Shown piece after piece: positions 9,257 to 18,462 of a DNA stretch of 29,806 nt. Source of the DNA: Candidatus Aminicenantes bacterium. Lineage in GTDB: Bacteria > Acidobacteriota > Aminicenantia > JAMOAD01. The stretch spans positions 1-29,806 of the forward strand of contig JALXDT010000014.1 in NCBI GenBank assembly GCA_027070475.1, given 5' to 3'. A model generated the notes under the pieces. That model was not told the origin of the DNA. It ran no database searches and worked only from the letters and a program-made list of their open reading frames with translations. Numbering within the stretch: position 1 is the first letter of the stretch; the number at the start of each line of letters is the position of its first letter. The translations under genes and the position numbers were made by a program.

Positions 9257-10845
9257 CAGGGGGTGTGCTTTCCTCTTTGGGAAAAGGAGTTGCTTCAGCT
9301 TCCATTGGAAGGCTTTTAAAAGCTCACGGTCTTAAAATAACAAATCAAAAGCTCGATCCATATTTGAATGTGGATCCGGGGACAATGAGCCCATATCAGC
9401 ATGGGGAGGTTTTTGTGACCTATGATGGAGCTGAAACAGATCTGGATCTGGGACATTATGAAAGATTCACAGGCAATCTTACTTCCCAGAAGAGCAATTG
9501 GACTGCAGGCAGAATCTATTATGAAATTATTACAAAGGAAAGAAGGGGAGATTATCTTGGAAAAACTGTTCAAGTAATTCCCCATGTGACAAATATGATT
9601 AGAAGGGCTATATATTCGGTTGAAAATGATAATGATGTTGTTATTGTTGAGATTGGTGGAACGGTGGGGGATATTGAAGGACTCCCTTTTCTTGAAGCTA
9701 TAAGACAGATTAGGCAGGAGAGGGGAAAAGAAAATACTCTTTTTATTCATTTGACCTTGGTGCCATATATAAAGGCTTCGGGAGAGTTGAAAACAAAACC
9801 CACACAGCACAGTGTAAAAGAACTTAGGGAAATCGGAATTCAACCTGATATTCTTCTTTGTAGAACAGACAGATTCCTGCCTAAAGAAATAAAGGAAAAA
9901 ATAGCTTTATTCACCAATGTTTCATATGATGCTGTTATTACAGCAAAGGATGTTGATGAAATTTATGAAATTCCTTTAATCTTTAAAAGAGAGGGCTTGG
10001 ATAAGAAAATATTAGAATTGCTTAACCTTAAAAGTAAAGGTTTTAATATAAAAGAGTGGCAGAAAATAGTCAGAAAATTAAAAAAACCCAAGGATGAAGT
10101 TTTGATTTATATCGTGGGCAAATATGTGGAGTATAAGGATTCATATAAAAGCCTGACAGAAGCACTAAAGCACGGAGGTATTCCTTCAAATTTGAAGGTA
10201 AATCTTGTCTGGATAGAAGCGGAGGATCTTGAAGTTAAGGAGGATTCCATAAATATTTTAAAAAATGCTGATGGTATTCTCGTACCGGGAGGTTTTGGCA
10301 AGAGAGGAATTGAGGGAATGATAAGAGCTATCCGCTATGCAAGGGAAAACAATATTCCATATTTAGGACTTTGCCTTGGAATGCAAACAGCTGTTATAGA
10401 ATTTGCAAGAAATGTCGCAGGTCTTGAAAAAGCAAACTCTGCAGAATTTGACCGAAGAGCTCCCCATAAAGTTTTTCTCAAGTTAAAAGAATTGAAAAAT
10501 GTAAAAGACTTGGGTGGAACTATGCGTTTAGGAGATTATCTTTGTGTTGTGAAAAAGGATTCTTTTGCCTACAAAGCATATAAAAAAGAGTCTTTTTTTG
10601 AGAGACATAGACATAGATATGAATTTAACCCAGAGTATGAAAAACTTCTCGAAGAAAAGGGTCTTTTTATAGCAGGTAAAAATCCTGAGAGAGATCTTGT
10701 GGAAATAATAGAACTAAAGAATCATAGATGGTTTTTGGGCTGTCAATTTCATCCTGAGTTTACCTCAAGACCAGATTCTCCGAATCCGCTTTTTGTATCA
10801 TTCATTAAGGCAGCTTTTGAATATAAAAAGGAAAAAGATGTTTAG
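9235..10845 (+). CDS. pyrG: CTP synthase
   Basis: [76 protein letters not shown]. Confidence 0.98.
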   Translation: MAKFIFVTGGVLSSLGKGVASASIGRLLKAHGLKITNQKLDPYLNVDPGTMSPYQHGEVFVTYDGAETDLDLGHYERFTGNLTSQKSNWTAGRIYYEIITKERRGDYLGKTVQVIPHVTNMIRRAIYSVENDNDVVIVEIGGTVGDIEGLPFLEAIRQIRQERGKENTLFIHLTLVPYIKASGELKTKPTQHSVKELREIGIQPDILLCRTDRFLPKEIKEKIALFTNVSYDAVITAKDVDEIYEIPLIFKREGLDKKILELLNLKSKGFNIKEWQKIVRKLKKPKDEVLIYIVGKYVEYKDSYKSLTEALKHGGIPSNLKVNLVWIEAEDLEVKEDSINILKNADGILVPGGFGKRGIEGMIRAIRYARENNIPYLGLCLGMQTAVIEFARNVAGLEKANSAEFDRRAPHKVFLKLKELKNVKDLGGTMRLGDYLCVVKKDSFAYKAYKKESFFERHRHRYEFNPEYEKLLEEKGLFIAGKNPERDLVEIIELKNHRWFLGCQFHPEFTSRPDSPNPLFVSFIKAAFEYKKEKDV

Positions 10846-11641
10846 AATAAAAGATATTCAAGTCGGAAAAGATTTTTTCTTTATTTTAGGCCCCTGTGTT
10901 ATAGAAGGTGAAGAGATTTTGATGCAGATAGCAGAGGATTTGAAAAAGATAGCAGAGGAACTTGATATTAAATTTATTTTTAAAGCATCCTTTGATAAAG
11001 CGAATCGATCATCAATAGAATCTTACAGAGGGCCGGGGATGGAAAAAGGGCTGAAGATCTTAAATAAAGTTAAAGAGGTGTTTGGCCTTTCCCTGACAAC
11101 AGATATTCATCTTCCTGAGCAGGCAAAACCTGTATCAGAGGTTGTTGACCTTTTACAGATCCCTGCTTTTCTTTCCAGGCAGACAGATCTTCTCTTAGCT
11201 GCGGGTAAGACAGGAAAACCTATAAATGTGAAAAAAGCTCAATTTGCTGCTCCTTGGGATGTTTTTAATATTGCGGAAAAGATAAAATCAACTGGAAACG
11301 ATAAAATTATTTTTACTGAGAGGGGCTCCTCTTTTGGTTACAATAATCTTGTTGTTGATATTACTTCAATACCTATTATCAGGAAAAATGGTTATCCTGT
11401 TGTAATAGATGCAACACACTCTGTTCAAAAACCCGGAGGTTTAGGTAAAAGATCCGGAGGAAACAGGGAGCTTGCTCCCTATATTGCCAAAGCAGGAGTT
11501 GCTGCTGGGGCTGATGCAGTTTTTATGGAAGTACACCCTGACCCTGAGAAAGCTCTTTCCGATGGACCAAACTCAATAAAATTATCGGAGTTAAAGGAAA
11601 TTTTAAAGCAAATATTGAGAGTCAGAGAGGCTATTGTATGA
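10838..11641 (+). CDS. kdsA: Kdo-8-phosphate synthase, metal-dependent type; start placed at ATG 10838 rather than ORF-track 10793
   Basis: GPCVIE (metal-ligand Cys), [45 protein letters not shown]. Confidence 0.96.
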   Translation: MFRIKDIQVGKDFFFILGPCVIEGEEILMQIAEDLKKIAEELDIKFIFKASFDKANRSSIESYRGPGMEKGLKILNKVKEVFGLSLTTDIHLPEQAKPVSEVVDLLQIPAFLSRQTDLLLAAGKTGKPINVKKAQFAAPWDVFNIAEKIKSTGNDKIIFTERGSSFGYNNLVVDITSIPIIRKNGYPVVIDATHSVQKPGGLGKRSGGNRELAPYIAKAGVAAGADAVFMEVHPDPEKALSDGPNSIKLSELKEILKQILRVREAIV

Positions 11642-12591
11642 AAAAAATAGGAAAAAAAGTTCTTGAGATTGAAGGGAAGGCTCTTCTTGAACTATCTAAA
11701 ACATTGGGGGATTCTTTTGACAAAGCTGTCGAAACTATCTTGAATGCAAAGGGAAGAATAATATTAACAGGAATAGGTAAAAGCGGACTGATCGCTCAAA
11801 AAATAGCAGCAACTCTCACCTCTACTGGAACCCCTGCTATATTCCTTCATGCAGCTGAGGCTGTACACGGAGAGCTTGGTTCAATTCTGCCAGATGATAT
11901 TGTTGTAGCTCTCTCATATTCTGGAGAGACAGCGGAGATAAAGAATTTGCTTGAATTTATAAAGAGAAACGGAAATATATTGATCTCACTTACAGGAAAC
12001 GAAAAATCCACCCTTGCTAAATATTCTGACATTGTTATTCCTGTTAAGATTGAAAAGGAAGCATGCCCCATTGGTCTTGTTCCAACAACATCAACCACAG
12101 CTACCCTTGCAATGGGAGATGCAATAGCTGTTGCTCTCATGGAAAGGAAAGGATTTACAAAAGATGATTTTGCATATTTTCATCCAGGAGGAAAGATAGG
12201 GAAAAAAATATTAAAGGTAAAACACCTTATGCACACCGGAGACTCTTTACCCCTTGTAAAGGAAGAAGATCCTATGTTAGATGTTGTAAAAATTGTAAGT
12301 GAAAAAAAACTTGGAGTTGCCATAGTATTAAATGAGGAAGAAGAATTAACAGGTATAATCACTGATGGGGATATCAGAAGAGCAATTTTAAGATTTGGAA
12401 GTATAAAGAAAAAAACAGCAGCTGATTGCATGCACCCCGACCCCATAACTATATCACCCGAAGAAATAAGTGTAAAAGCTCTCAATATTATGGAACAGAA
12501 AAAAATCACATCCCTTATAGTTGTCAATAATGATAATAAAGTTTTAGGTTTAATTCATCTCCATGATCTCTGGAGAACACAGATGATCTGA
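11638..12591 (+). CDS. kdsD: Arabinose-5-phosphate isomerase, KpsF/GutQ family (SIS plus two CBS domains)
   Basis: GIGKSGLIAQKIAATLTSTGTP, SYSGET, PTTSTTATLAMGDA, HPGGKIG, C-terminal CBS pair ending IHLHDL. Confidence 0.94.
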   Translation: MKKIGKKVLEIEGKALLELSKTLGDSFDKAVETILNAKGRIILTGIGKSGLIAQKIAATLTSTGTPAIFLHAAEAVHGELGSILPDDIVVALSYSGETAEIKNLLEFIKRNGNILISLTGNEKSTLAKYSDIVIPVKIEKEACPIGLVPTTSTTATLAMGDAIAVALMERKGFTKDDFAYFHPGGKIGKKILKVKHLMHTGDSLPLVKEEDPMLDVVKIVSEKKLGVAIVLNEEEELTGIITDGDIRRAILRFGSIKKKTAADCMHPDPITISPEEISVKALNIMEQKKITSLIVVNNDNKVLGLIHLHDLWRTQMI

Positions 12592-12592
12592 T

Positions 12593-13558
12593 ATGAAAAA
12601 AGAGCTAAGAGATAAATTCGGAAGAAAGGTAACATATTTAAGGTTATCCATAACGGATAGATGCAATTTTAAATGTTTTTATTGCAAACCCATAAAGGAT
12701 TTTAAATATATTCCCCATAGTGAAATTCTGAGATATGAAGATATATTGTTTTTAGCGGAGAGTTTAAAGGAGTATGGGGTGGAAAAGATTAGATTAACGG
12801 GAGGAGAACCTTTTGTAAGAAAGGGGTTTCTGAATTTTTTGTTTTCCCTGAAAAAAATATTTCCGAAAATTTATATCACAACGAATGGCTATTTTTTGAA
12901 AGAGAGTGCCGGGGAATTGAAAAAAATAGGAATTAAGGGTTTAAATGTGAGTCTTGATACATTAAAAAGGGAGCAATTCAAAGAGATAACAAAAGTTGAT
13001 GCTCTTGACAAAGTTTTAGAAGGGATAGAAGAGGCGATAAAAGAAGGGCTTTCTTTAAAGCTTAATGCTGTTCTTATGAAAAAGAGTAGAGGAGAGATAA
13101 TTGATTTGATTAAGTTTGCCTCTGAAAGAAAAGTTCCTATAAGGTTTATAGAGCTTATGCCTATAAGTTCACAGGTTAAAAAAGAGTTTTTATCCGAAAA
13201 TGAAGCAAAGGAAATCATAAAAAAATATTTTTCTCTTATCCCCATTGAAGAAAAATTAGGGATAGGGCCCTCAAGATATTTTAAAGTTCTGGAAAATAAT
13301 GGAATTATAGGCTTTATATCAGCTCTTACCCATAATTTTTGTGAAACCTGTGATAAGATAAGAATAACCTCTGATGGAAAGTTGAGAGTTTGTCTTGCCC
13401 TTGATGATGAGGTTTCAATTAAGGAAGCTGTTTTAAAAAGAGATATGAAAAAACTTATTACTCTGATAAAGAATGCACTTGATAAAAAACCGTTTTCCCA
13501 TAATATGTCAATATATGATCAGATCACAGGGAAAAATATGTATCAGATAGGAGGATAG
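12593..13558 (+). CDS. moaA: GTP 3',8-cyclase MoaA (radical SAM)
   Basis: DKFGRKVTYLRLSITDRCNFKCFYC, LTGGEP, NVSLDTL, RFIELM, C-terminal cluster CETC...C, terminal IGG. Confidence 0.96.
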   Translation: MKKELRDKFGRKVTYLRLSITDRCNFKCFYCKPIKDFKYIPHSEILRYEDILFLAESLKEYGVEKIRLTGGEPFVRKGFLNFLFSLKKIFPKIYITTNGYFLKESAGELKKIGIKGLNVSLDTLKREQFKEITKVDALDKVLEGIEEAIKEGLSLKLNAVLMKKSRGEIIDLIKFASERKVPIRFIELMPISSQVKKEFLSENEAKEIIKKYFSLIPIEEKLGIGPSRYFKVLENNGIIGFISALTHNFCETCDKIRITSDGKLRVCLALDDEVSIKEAVLKRDMKKLITLIKNALDKKPFSHNMSIYDQITGKNMYQIGG

Positions 13559-14101
13559 ATGGATTTTACTCATATAGATAAAAAAGGTAAAGTTAATATG
13601 GTGGATATAAGCGGAAAGGAAGAAACTGAGAGGATAGCTATTGCCTTCGGTAAAATTTCTTTTTCCGAAAGCACTGTTAACTTGATAAAAGAGGATAATT
13701 TAAAGAAAGGAAATGTTCTTGAAATTGCTAAAATTGGCGGTATTTTCGGAGCTAAAAACACCTCCTCCATAATCCCCTTAACCCATCCGATCCCCATTGA
13801 GAAAATAGGAATAGAGTTTGTAGTGAAAGAATCCTCTGTTTTAGCCTTTTCTTTTGCAAAAACACACTATAAAACAGGGATTGAGATGGAAGCTATTTTT
13901 TCAGTTTTATCAGCTCTTGCAACTGTCTATGATATGGTTAAAGTTGTTGAAAGGGAGGGAAAGATAGAAAATGTTTTTCTTCTTTATAAAGAGGGCGGAA
14001 AAAGCGGTGTTTTCAAAAACCCTGCTCTGGATTTTGATATTGTTAAAGAAGGGGAAAAAAGATATTTTGTTTTTGAAAATAAAAGGCTTTTTGAAATATA
14101 A
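13559..14101 (+). CDS. moaC: Cyclic pyranopterin monophosphate synthase MoaC with about 30 aa C-terminal extension
   Basis: FTHIDKKGKVNMVDIS, KGNVLEIAKIGG, IIPLTHP, TGIEMEA, TVYDMVK, KEGGKSG. Confidence 0.93.
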   Translation: MDFTHIDKKGKVNMVDISGKEETERIAIAFGKISFSESTVNLIKEDNLKKGNVLEIAKIGGIFGAKNTSSIIPLTHPIPIEKIGIEFVVKESSVLAFSFAKTHYKTGIEMEAIFSVLSALATVYDMVKVVEREGKIENVFLLYKEGGKSGVFKNPALDFDIVKEGEKRYFVFENKRLFEI

Positions 14102-14110
14102 GGAGATAAG

Positions 14111-15529
14111 ATGACAAATGTAAGATTATACTCATACGGAGCTGTTCAAGAGGTAACAGGCTCAAAACATATTCTTGAAGTTGATGGCAAAAAGATTTTA
14201 GTTGATTGCGGAATGTTTCAGGGAAGAAGAGAAGAAACTTATAAAAAAAACAAGGAACTACCCTTTGATCCAAAGGAAATATCCGCAGCTTTTTTAACCC
14301 ATGGGCATTATGACCATTGCGGAAATTTTCCCTCTTTAATCAAAGGAGGCTATGAAGGAGAAATTTACTCAACACCTGCAACCTATGACCTTGCCTCCCT
14401 TGTTCTCTATGATAGTGCCCATATTCAAAAAAGAGATGCTGAGTTTATTCAAAAGTTAATAAGAAAGGGTAGAAAAGATTTAAAAGTCTATGGTCCTATT
14501 TATGATGAAGAGGATGTTACGAATACTCTTTCACACTTTGTAACATATCCCTATAACAAAAGATTTAAGGTTTTTGACAAAGTTGAAGCAGAGTTTTATG
14601 ATGCAGGACACATTTTGGGCTCCTCAATGATTCTTTTTAATATTGAGTTAGATGCATATAAGACATTAAAAGTAGGTTTTTCCGGGGATTTGGGAAGAAA
14701 AGGGCTTCCCTTTTTAAGAGCTCCTCAAAAACTTCCCGATCTCGATTATTTTATTTTAGAAAGCACTTATGGTAATAGGCTTCATGATGATCTCTCCACT
14801 GTGAAGGAGGAGCTTGCGGAGGTAATAAATTCAACTTATCAAAAAAAAGGAAAAATAATAATTCCGGCTTTTGCAATTGAGAGAACCCAGGAGGTCATCT
14901 ATCATGTTCATGAACTTTTAAATGAGGGAAAAATTCCAAAACTTCCTGTTTTTATTGATAGTCCTATGGCTGTTCATGCAACTTCTATTTTTAAGAGTCA
15001 TCCGGAATGTTTTGACAGGGAAACTTTTAAAACCTTTTATGATAAACAGGAAAGCCCTTTTGATTTTGAAGGAGTTAAATATATTGTTAATGTTGAGGAT
15101 AGTAAAAAACTCAATTATCTGAATCAGCCTGCAATTATTATTTCAGCAAGCGGGATGTGCGAACATGGCAGAATAGTTCATCATCTCATGAATAATATTG
15201 AAAATCCTAATAATACGGTTTTGATTATTGGCTTTATGGCTGAACATACTCTTGGAAGAAAATTAGCGAACAAAGAACCTGAAGTTAAGATTTTCGGAGA
15301 AAAACTTAAAGTTAATGCGAGAATCAAAATCATCAATGCTTTCAGTGCCCATGCTGACTACAATGAGATGAAAGAGTATGTGGGAAATTATGACCTTGAA
15401 AAATTGAAAAAAATCTTTCTTGTCCACGGTGAGCCAGATGCGCAGAAGCATCTTGAGAAAGTATTGGAAGAGATGGGAGTTAAAGAGGTAAAAAGAGTTT
15501 TTTATAATGAAAAATATAAATTAGCCTGA
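14111..15529 (+). CDS. Metallo-beta-lactamase / beta-CASP RNA-processing nuclease (TTHA0252/YSH1-like)
   Basis: GAVQEVTGS, VDCGMFQG, THGHYDH, DAGHILGS, ESTYG, PAFAIERTQE, SASGMCEHGR, FSAHAD, FLVHGE. Confidence 0.93.
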   Translation: MTNVRLYSYGAVQEVTGSKHILEVDGKKILVDCGMFQGRREETYKKNKELPFDPKEISAAFLTHGHYDHCGNFPSLIKGGYEGEIYSTPATYDLASLVLYDSAHIQKRDAEFIQKLIRKGRKDLKVYGPIYDEEDVTNTLSHFVTYPYNKRFKVFDKVEAEFYDAGHILGSSMILFNIELDAYKTLKVGFSGDLGRKGLPFLRAPQKLPDLDYFILESTYGNRLHDDLSTVKEELAEVINSTYQKKGKIIIPAFAIERTQEVIYHVHELLNEGKIPKLPVFIDSPMAVHATSIFKSHPECFDRETFKTFYDKQESPFDFEGVKYIVNVEDSKKLNYLNQPAIIISASGMCEHGRIVHHLMNNIENPNNTVLIIGFMAEHTLGRKLANKEPEVKIFGEKLKVNARIKIINAFSAHADYNEMKEYVGNYDLEKLKKIFLVHGEPDAQKHLEKVLEEMGVKEVKRVFYNEKYKLA

Positions 15530-15533
15530 GGAG
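15528..15533 (+). promoter_or_regulatory. Shine-Dalgarno site of purM
   Basis: GAGGAG 6 nt upstream of ATG 15540. Confidence 0.7.
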
Positions 15534-15539
15534 TATAAA

Positions 15540-16556
15540 ATGGCGATTTCTTACAAAGATTCTGGAGTAAATATTGATGAGGGAAACAGAGCTGTTGAGC
15601 TAATAAAAAGAGTTCTTTCTAAATATAAAAGTAGTGAGCAGATCGGAAAATTCGGGGGAATGTATAAAATTCCTTCAGGCTATAAAAACCCGTATCTGAT
15701 TTCAAGCTCTGACGGTGTGGGAACAAAGCTGAAAATAGCAATAATGGCAGGTATTTATGATACTGTTGGTCAGGACCTTGTCAACCACTGTGTGGACGAT
15801 ATTCTTGTAATGGGAGCAAAACCGCTCTATTTTCTTGATTATTTTGCAACAGGGAAACTTAAGGCAGAGATAGTTGCCTCTGTTGTTGAAGGGTTTGCAA
15901 AAGCCTGTGAAGAAAATAATTGTTCTCTTCTTGGCGGCGAAACAGCTGAAATGCCTGGATTTTATGCAGATGATGATTTTGACATAGCTGGTTTTATAAC
16001 CGGAATAGTTGAAGAGGAAAAAGTTTTAGATGGTTCAAAGATAAAAGAGGGAGATCTTTTAATTGGTTTTAAATCAACTGGACTTCATACGAATGGCTAT
16101 TCACTTGCAAGAAAAATCTTTTTTGAAAAACTTAAACTCAAAGTGGTAGACAGCTTTTCGGATACGGGAAAAACTGTGGGTGAAGTTTTATTGGCTGTTC
16201 ACAAGAGCTATTTTCATGAAATTAATCCGTATTTGGAAAAGGATAAAATAAATGCCCTCTCTCATATCACAGGAGGTGGCTTTTATGAAAATATACCAAG
16301 AGTTTTACCCGATATTTTTGATGTTAAGATTAAAGTTAATTGGGAAATCCCTATTCTTTTTGATTTTTTGGTTAAGGAAAGCGGTATAACAATGAGGGAG
16401 GCTTTCAGAACCTTTAATATGGGCATTGGTATGATTGCTTTTATTGATAAAGAGGAGTTCACTGTTTTTAAAGAATTAATCGATAAGAAAGAGGCTTTTT
16501 TAATCGGTGAAGTTGTTAAGGGAAGTGGTAAAGTTTTAATTGACGGAATAGATTAA
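15540..16556 (+). CDS. purM: Phosphoribosylformylglycinamidine cyclo-ligase (AIR synthetase)
   Basis: SYKDSGVNIDEGN, DGVGTKLKIA, CVDDILVMGAKPLYFLDY, GGETAEMPG, GLHTNGYSL, HITGGG, RTFNMGIG. Confidence 0.97.
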   Translation: MAISYKDSGVNIDEGNRAVELIKRVLSKYKSSEQIGKFGGMYKIPSGYKNPYLISSSDGVGTKLKIAIMAGIYDTVGQDLVNHCVDDILVMGAKPLYFLDYFATGKLKAEIVASVVEGFAKACEENNCSLLGGETAEMPGFYADDDFDIAGFITGIVEEEKVLDGSKIKEGDLLIGFKSTGLHTNGYSLARKIFFEKLKLKVVDSFSDTGKTVGEVLLAVHKSYFHEINPYLEKDKINALSHITGGGFYENIPRVLPDIFDVKIKVNWEIPILFDFLVKESGITMREAFRTFNMGIGMIAFIDKEEFTVFKELIDKKEAFLIGEVVKGSGKVLIDGID

Positions 16557-16560
16557 TTCC

Positions 16561-17712
16561 ATGTATGTTTCAGAATTTAAGGAAAAGACGGATTTTTTTG
16601 AAGTTAAGATAGCCAAAGGTCTCAGAAATTATGTTAACAGAAGAACCGAAGGCTTTTCAAAGACATTTTATGAGAAAAGCGGAGATAAAAAGCTTGAAAT
16701 TATAGAGGAAAGAGATTTAAGAGGTCCCTTTGGCTTCCTTTTTCCGGAAAGAGATAAGGTTGAAGATTTTTTAAAAACTTGGCCTGAGATTACCGCCGTT
16801 TTCAGGATAATATCAAGAAACGTTCGAATTCTTTCTCCTTTAGGTGAAGAGGTTGAGAGAGATGATTACCTTGAAACATTTAAGGTTTCCTTAAAGAAAG
16901 AGAAACACTATATTGAATCATCCGATTTCAGTTTTGAACCGCACAAAATAGATTTTGAAAAAGTTAAAAAAGAGTTTTCAGAATACAAAAAGGCTTCCGA
17001 AGAATCAATAAAACCTGAAAACGGGAAGTATCCTGTGGTTTTCAGAGCTCAGGCTGCAGGACTTTTGGTTCATGAGTTTTTCGGTCATCTTCTTGAAGCT
17101 GATATTTCCTCTGAGACAAAATCCCCTTTTGTAAAAGAGAATATAGGCAAAAAAATCATCAATGATAATATATCAATAGAGGATCTTTCCGAGAAACCTG
17201 ATGATGAAGGCTTTTTTGAAAACAGGGTTGTTCTTATTGAGAAAGGTGTTTTAAAAAATTTTATTTCTGATTTTTCCTTTCATTTAAAACGCTTCGGAAA
17301 ACCGGGAAGGGGAAGGAGAGAAAGCTTCAGAACATTGCCTTTACCACGTCAAAATCTTATTTTTCTTAAAAGTGAAAAAACAGTTAGTGAAAATGAACTT
17401 TTGAAAAAGATAAAGAGAGGCTTTCTTGTTGAAAAGATAAGGTCAGGAATAATGAATTATAAAACTTTTGATTATAAATTCACTGTAACAGCTGCCTATT
17501 TTATAGAAGATGGAGAAATTTCCGCTTTTACGGATAATTTTCTGATAAAGGGTAATTTTCTTTCGGATTTTCTTAATCTTTCCGAGTTTTCCTCCTCTGT
17601 TTTTTGTAATGGTTTTGAGGGAGTTTGTAAGAAACAGGGGCAGATGGTAAGAATAGGCTATAAGACCCCCTCTTTTCTTTTAGGAAATCTCAAAATCAGA
17701 TCAATCGTTTGA
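16561..17712 (+). CDS. tldD: TldD-family metalloprotease, N-terminally short (383 aa)
   Basis: GKYPVV...GLLVHEFFGHLLEAD (HExxxH at 17071-17088), DDEG, GRGRRESF...PLPRQNL, C-terminal GVCKKQGQ with the Cys ligand. Confidence 0.8.
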   Translation: MYVSEFKEKTDFFEVKIAKGLRNYVNRRTEGFSKTFYEKSGDKKLEIIEERDLRGPFGFLFPERDKVEDFLKTWPEITAVFRIISRNVRILSPLGEEVERDDYLETFKVSLKKEKHYIESSDFSFEPHKIDFEKVKKEFSEYKKASEESIKPENGKYPVVFRAQAAGLLVHEFFGHLLEADISSETKSPFVKENIGKKIINDNISIEDLSEKPDDEGFFENRVVLIEKGVLKNFISDFSFHLKRFGKPGRGRRESFRTLPLPRQNLIFLKSEKTVSENELLKKIKRGFLVEKIRSGIMNYKTFDYKFTVTAAYFIEDGEISAFTDNFLIKGNFLSDFLNLSEFSSSVFCNGFEGVCKKQGQMVRIGYKTPSFLLGNLKIRSIV

Positions 17713-18453
17713 ACCTGACAGGATGTCCAAAACTGCGCCAAGTCCAGTGGATTTACCTCCGCCAGGTTTTGCAGCATAAAGGCCTAACTCCCTTCTAAGT
17801 TTTGACAGTGTCATTGATTGAAGAATTACCTTTCCCGGACCTTTTACTGTTGTTAAAAACAAACCTTCTCCACCGAAAAGAGCTGTTTTTATTCCACCTA
17901 CAAACTCTATGTCATAGCTGACTGTTTCTTCAAAGCCTACCACTGAACCTGTGTCAATTTGCATAGTTTCACCGGGCTGAAGATCAAAAGTAATAAAGTC
18001 TCCACCAGCATGAATAAAAACAAGGCCATTTCCTGTGAATTTTTCAAGGATAAAACCCTCTCCTCCGAAAAGGCCGGCACCTATCTTTTTCTGAAATGCA
18101 ATTGTAAAAGAAACAGATTTTTCAGCGGCAATAAAGGCATCTTTTTGCGCCAAAAAAGCTGTTTTACTTACATCTATGGGCTGGATTCTTCCCGGATAAT
18201 CTCCTGCGAAACCAACCTCACCCTGAGTTCCTGATGTTAATGTGAAATGCGTTGTAAAGAGTGATTCTCCCGCTATTTTTCTTTTAACAGCTCCCCATAT
18301 CTTTTCTCCCAAGGAGCCACCCTGCATTTTTGTGTCCATGTTAACATTGTTTGTCTTGTAAACCATCTTTCCCGCTTCAGCATAGACCTCTTCATTGGGT
18401 TTTAGAAAAATTCTCAGAACCTGTAAATTGTCTCCTTCAATTTTATAATCCAT
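17701..18453 (-). CDS. TIGR00266 / AIM24-family protein
   Basis: MDYKIEGDNLQVL, AEAGKMVY, GESLF, QKDAFIAA, GLFGGEGFILEK, IDTGSVVGF, LFGGEGLFLTTVKGPGKVILQSM; AAGGAGG SD upstream. Confidence 0.9.
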   Translation of the reverse strand: MDYKIEGDNLQVLRIFLKPNEEVYAEAGKMVYKTNNVNMDTKMQGGSLGEKIWGAVKRKIAGESLFTTHFTLTSGTQGEVGFAGDYPGRIQPIDVSKTAFLAQKDAFIAAEKSVSFTIAFQKKIGAGLFGGEGFILEKFTGNGLVFIHAGGDFITFDLQPGETMQIDTGSVVGFEETVSYDIEFVGGIKTALFGGEGLFLTTVKGPGKVILQSMTLSKLRRELGLYAAKPGGGKSTGLGAVLDILSGSND

Positions 18454-18462
18454 ACTTCCTCC

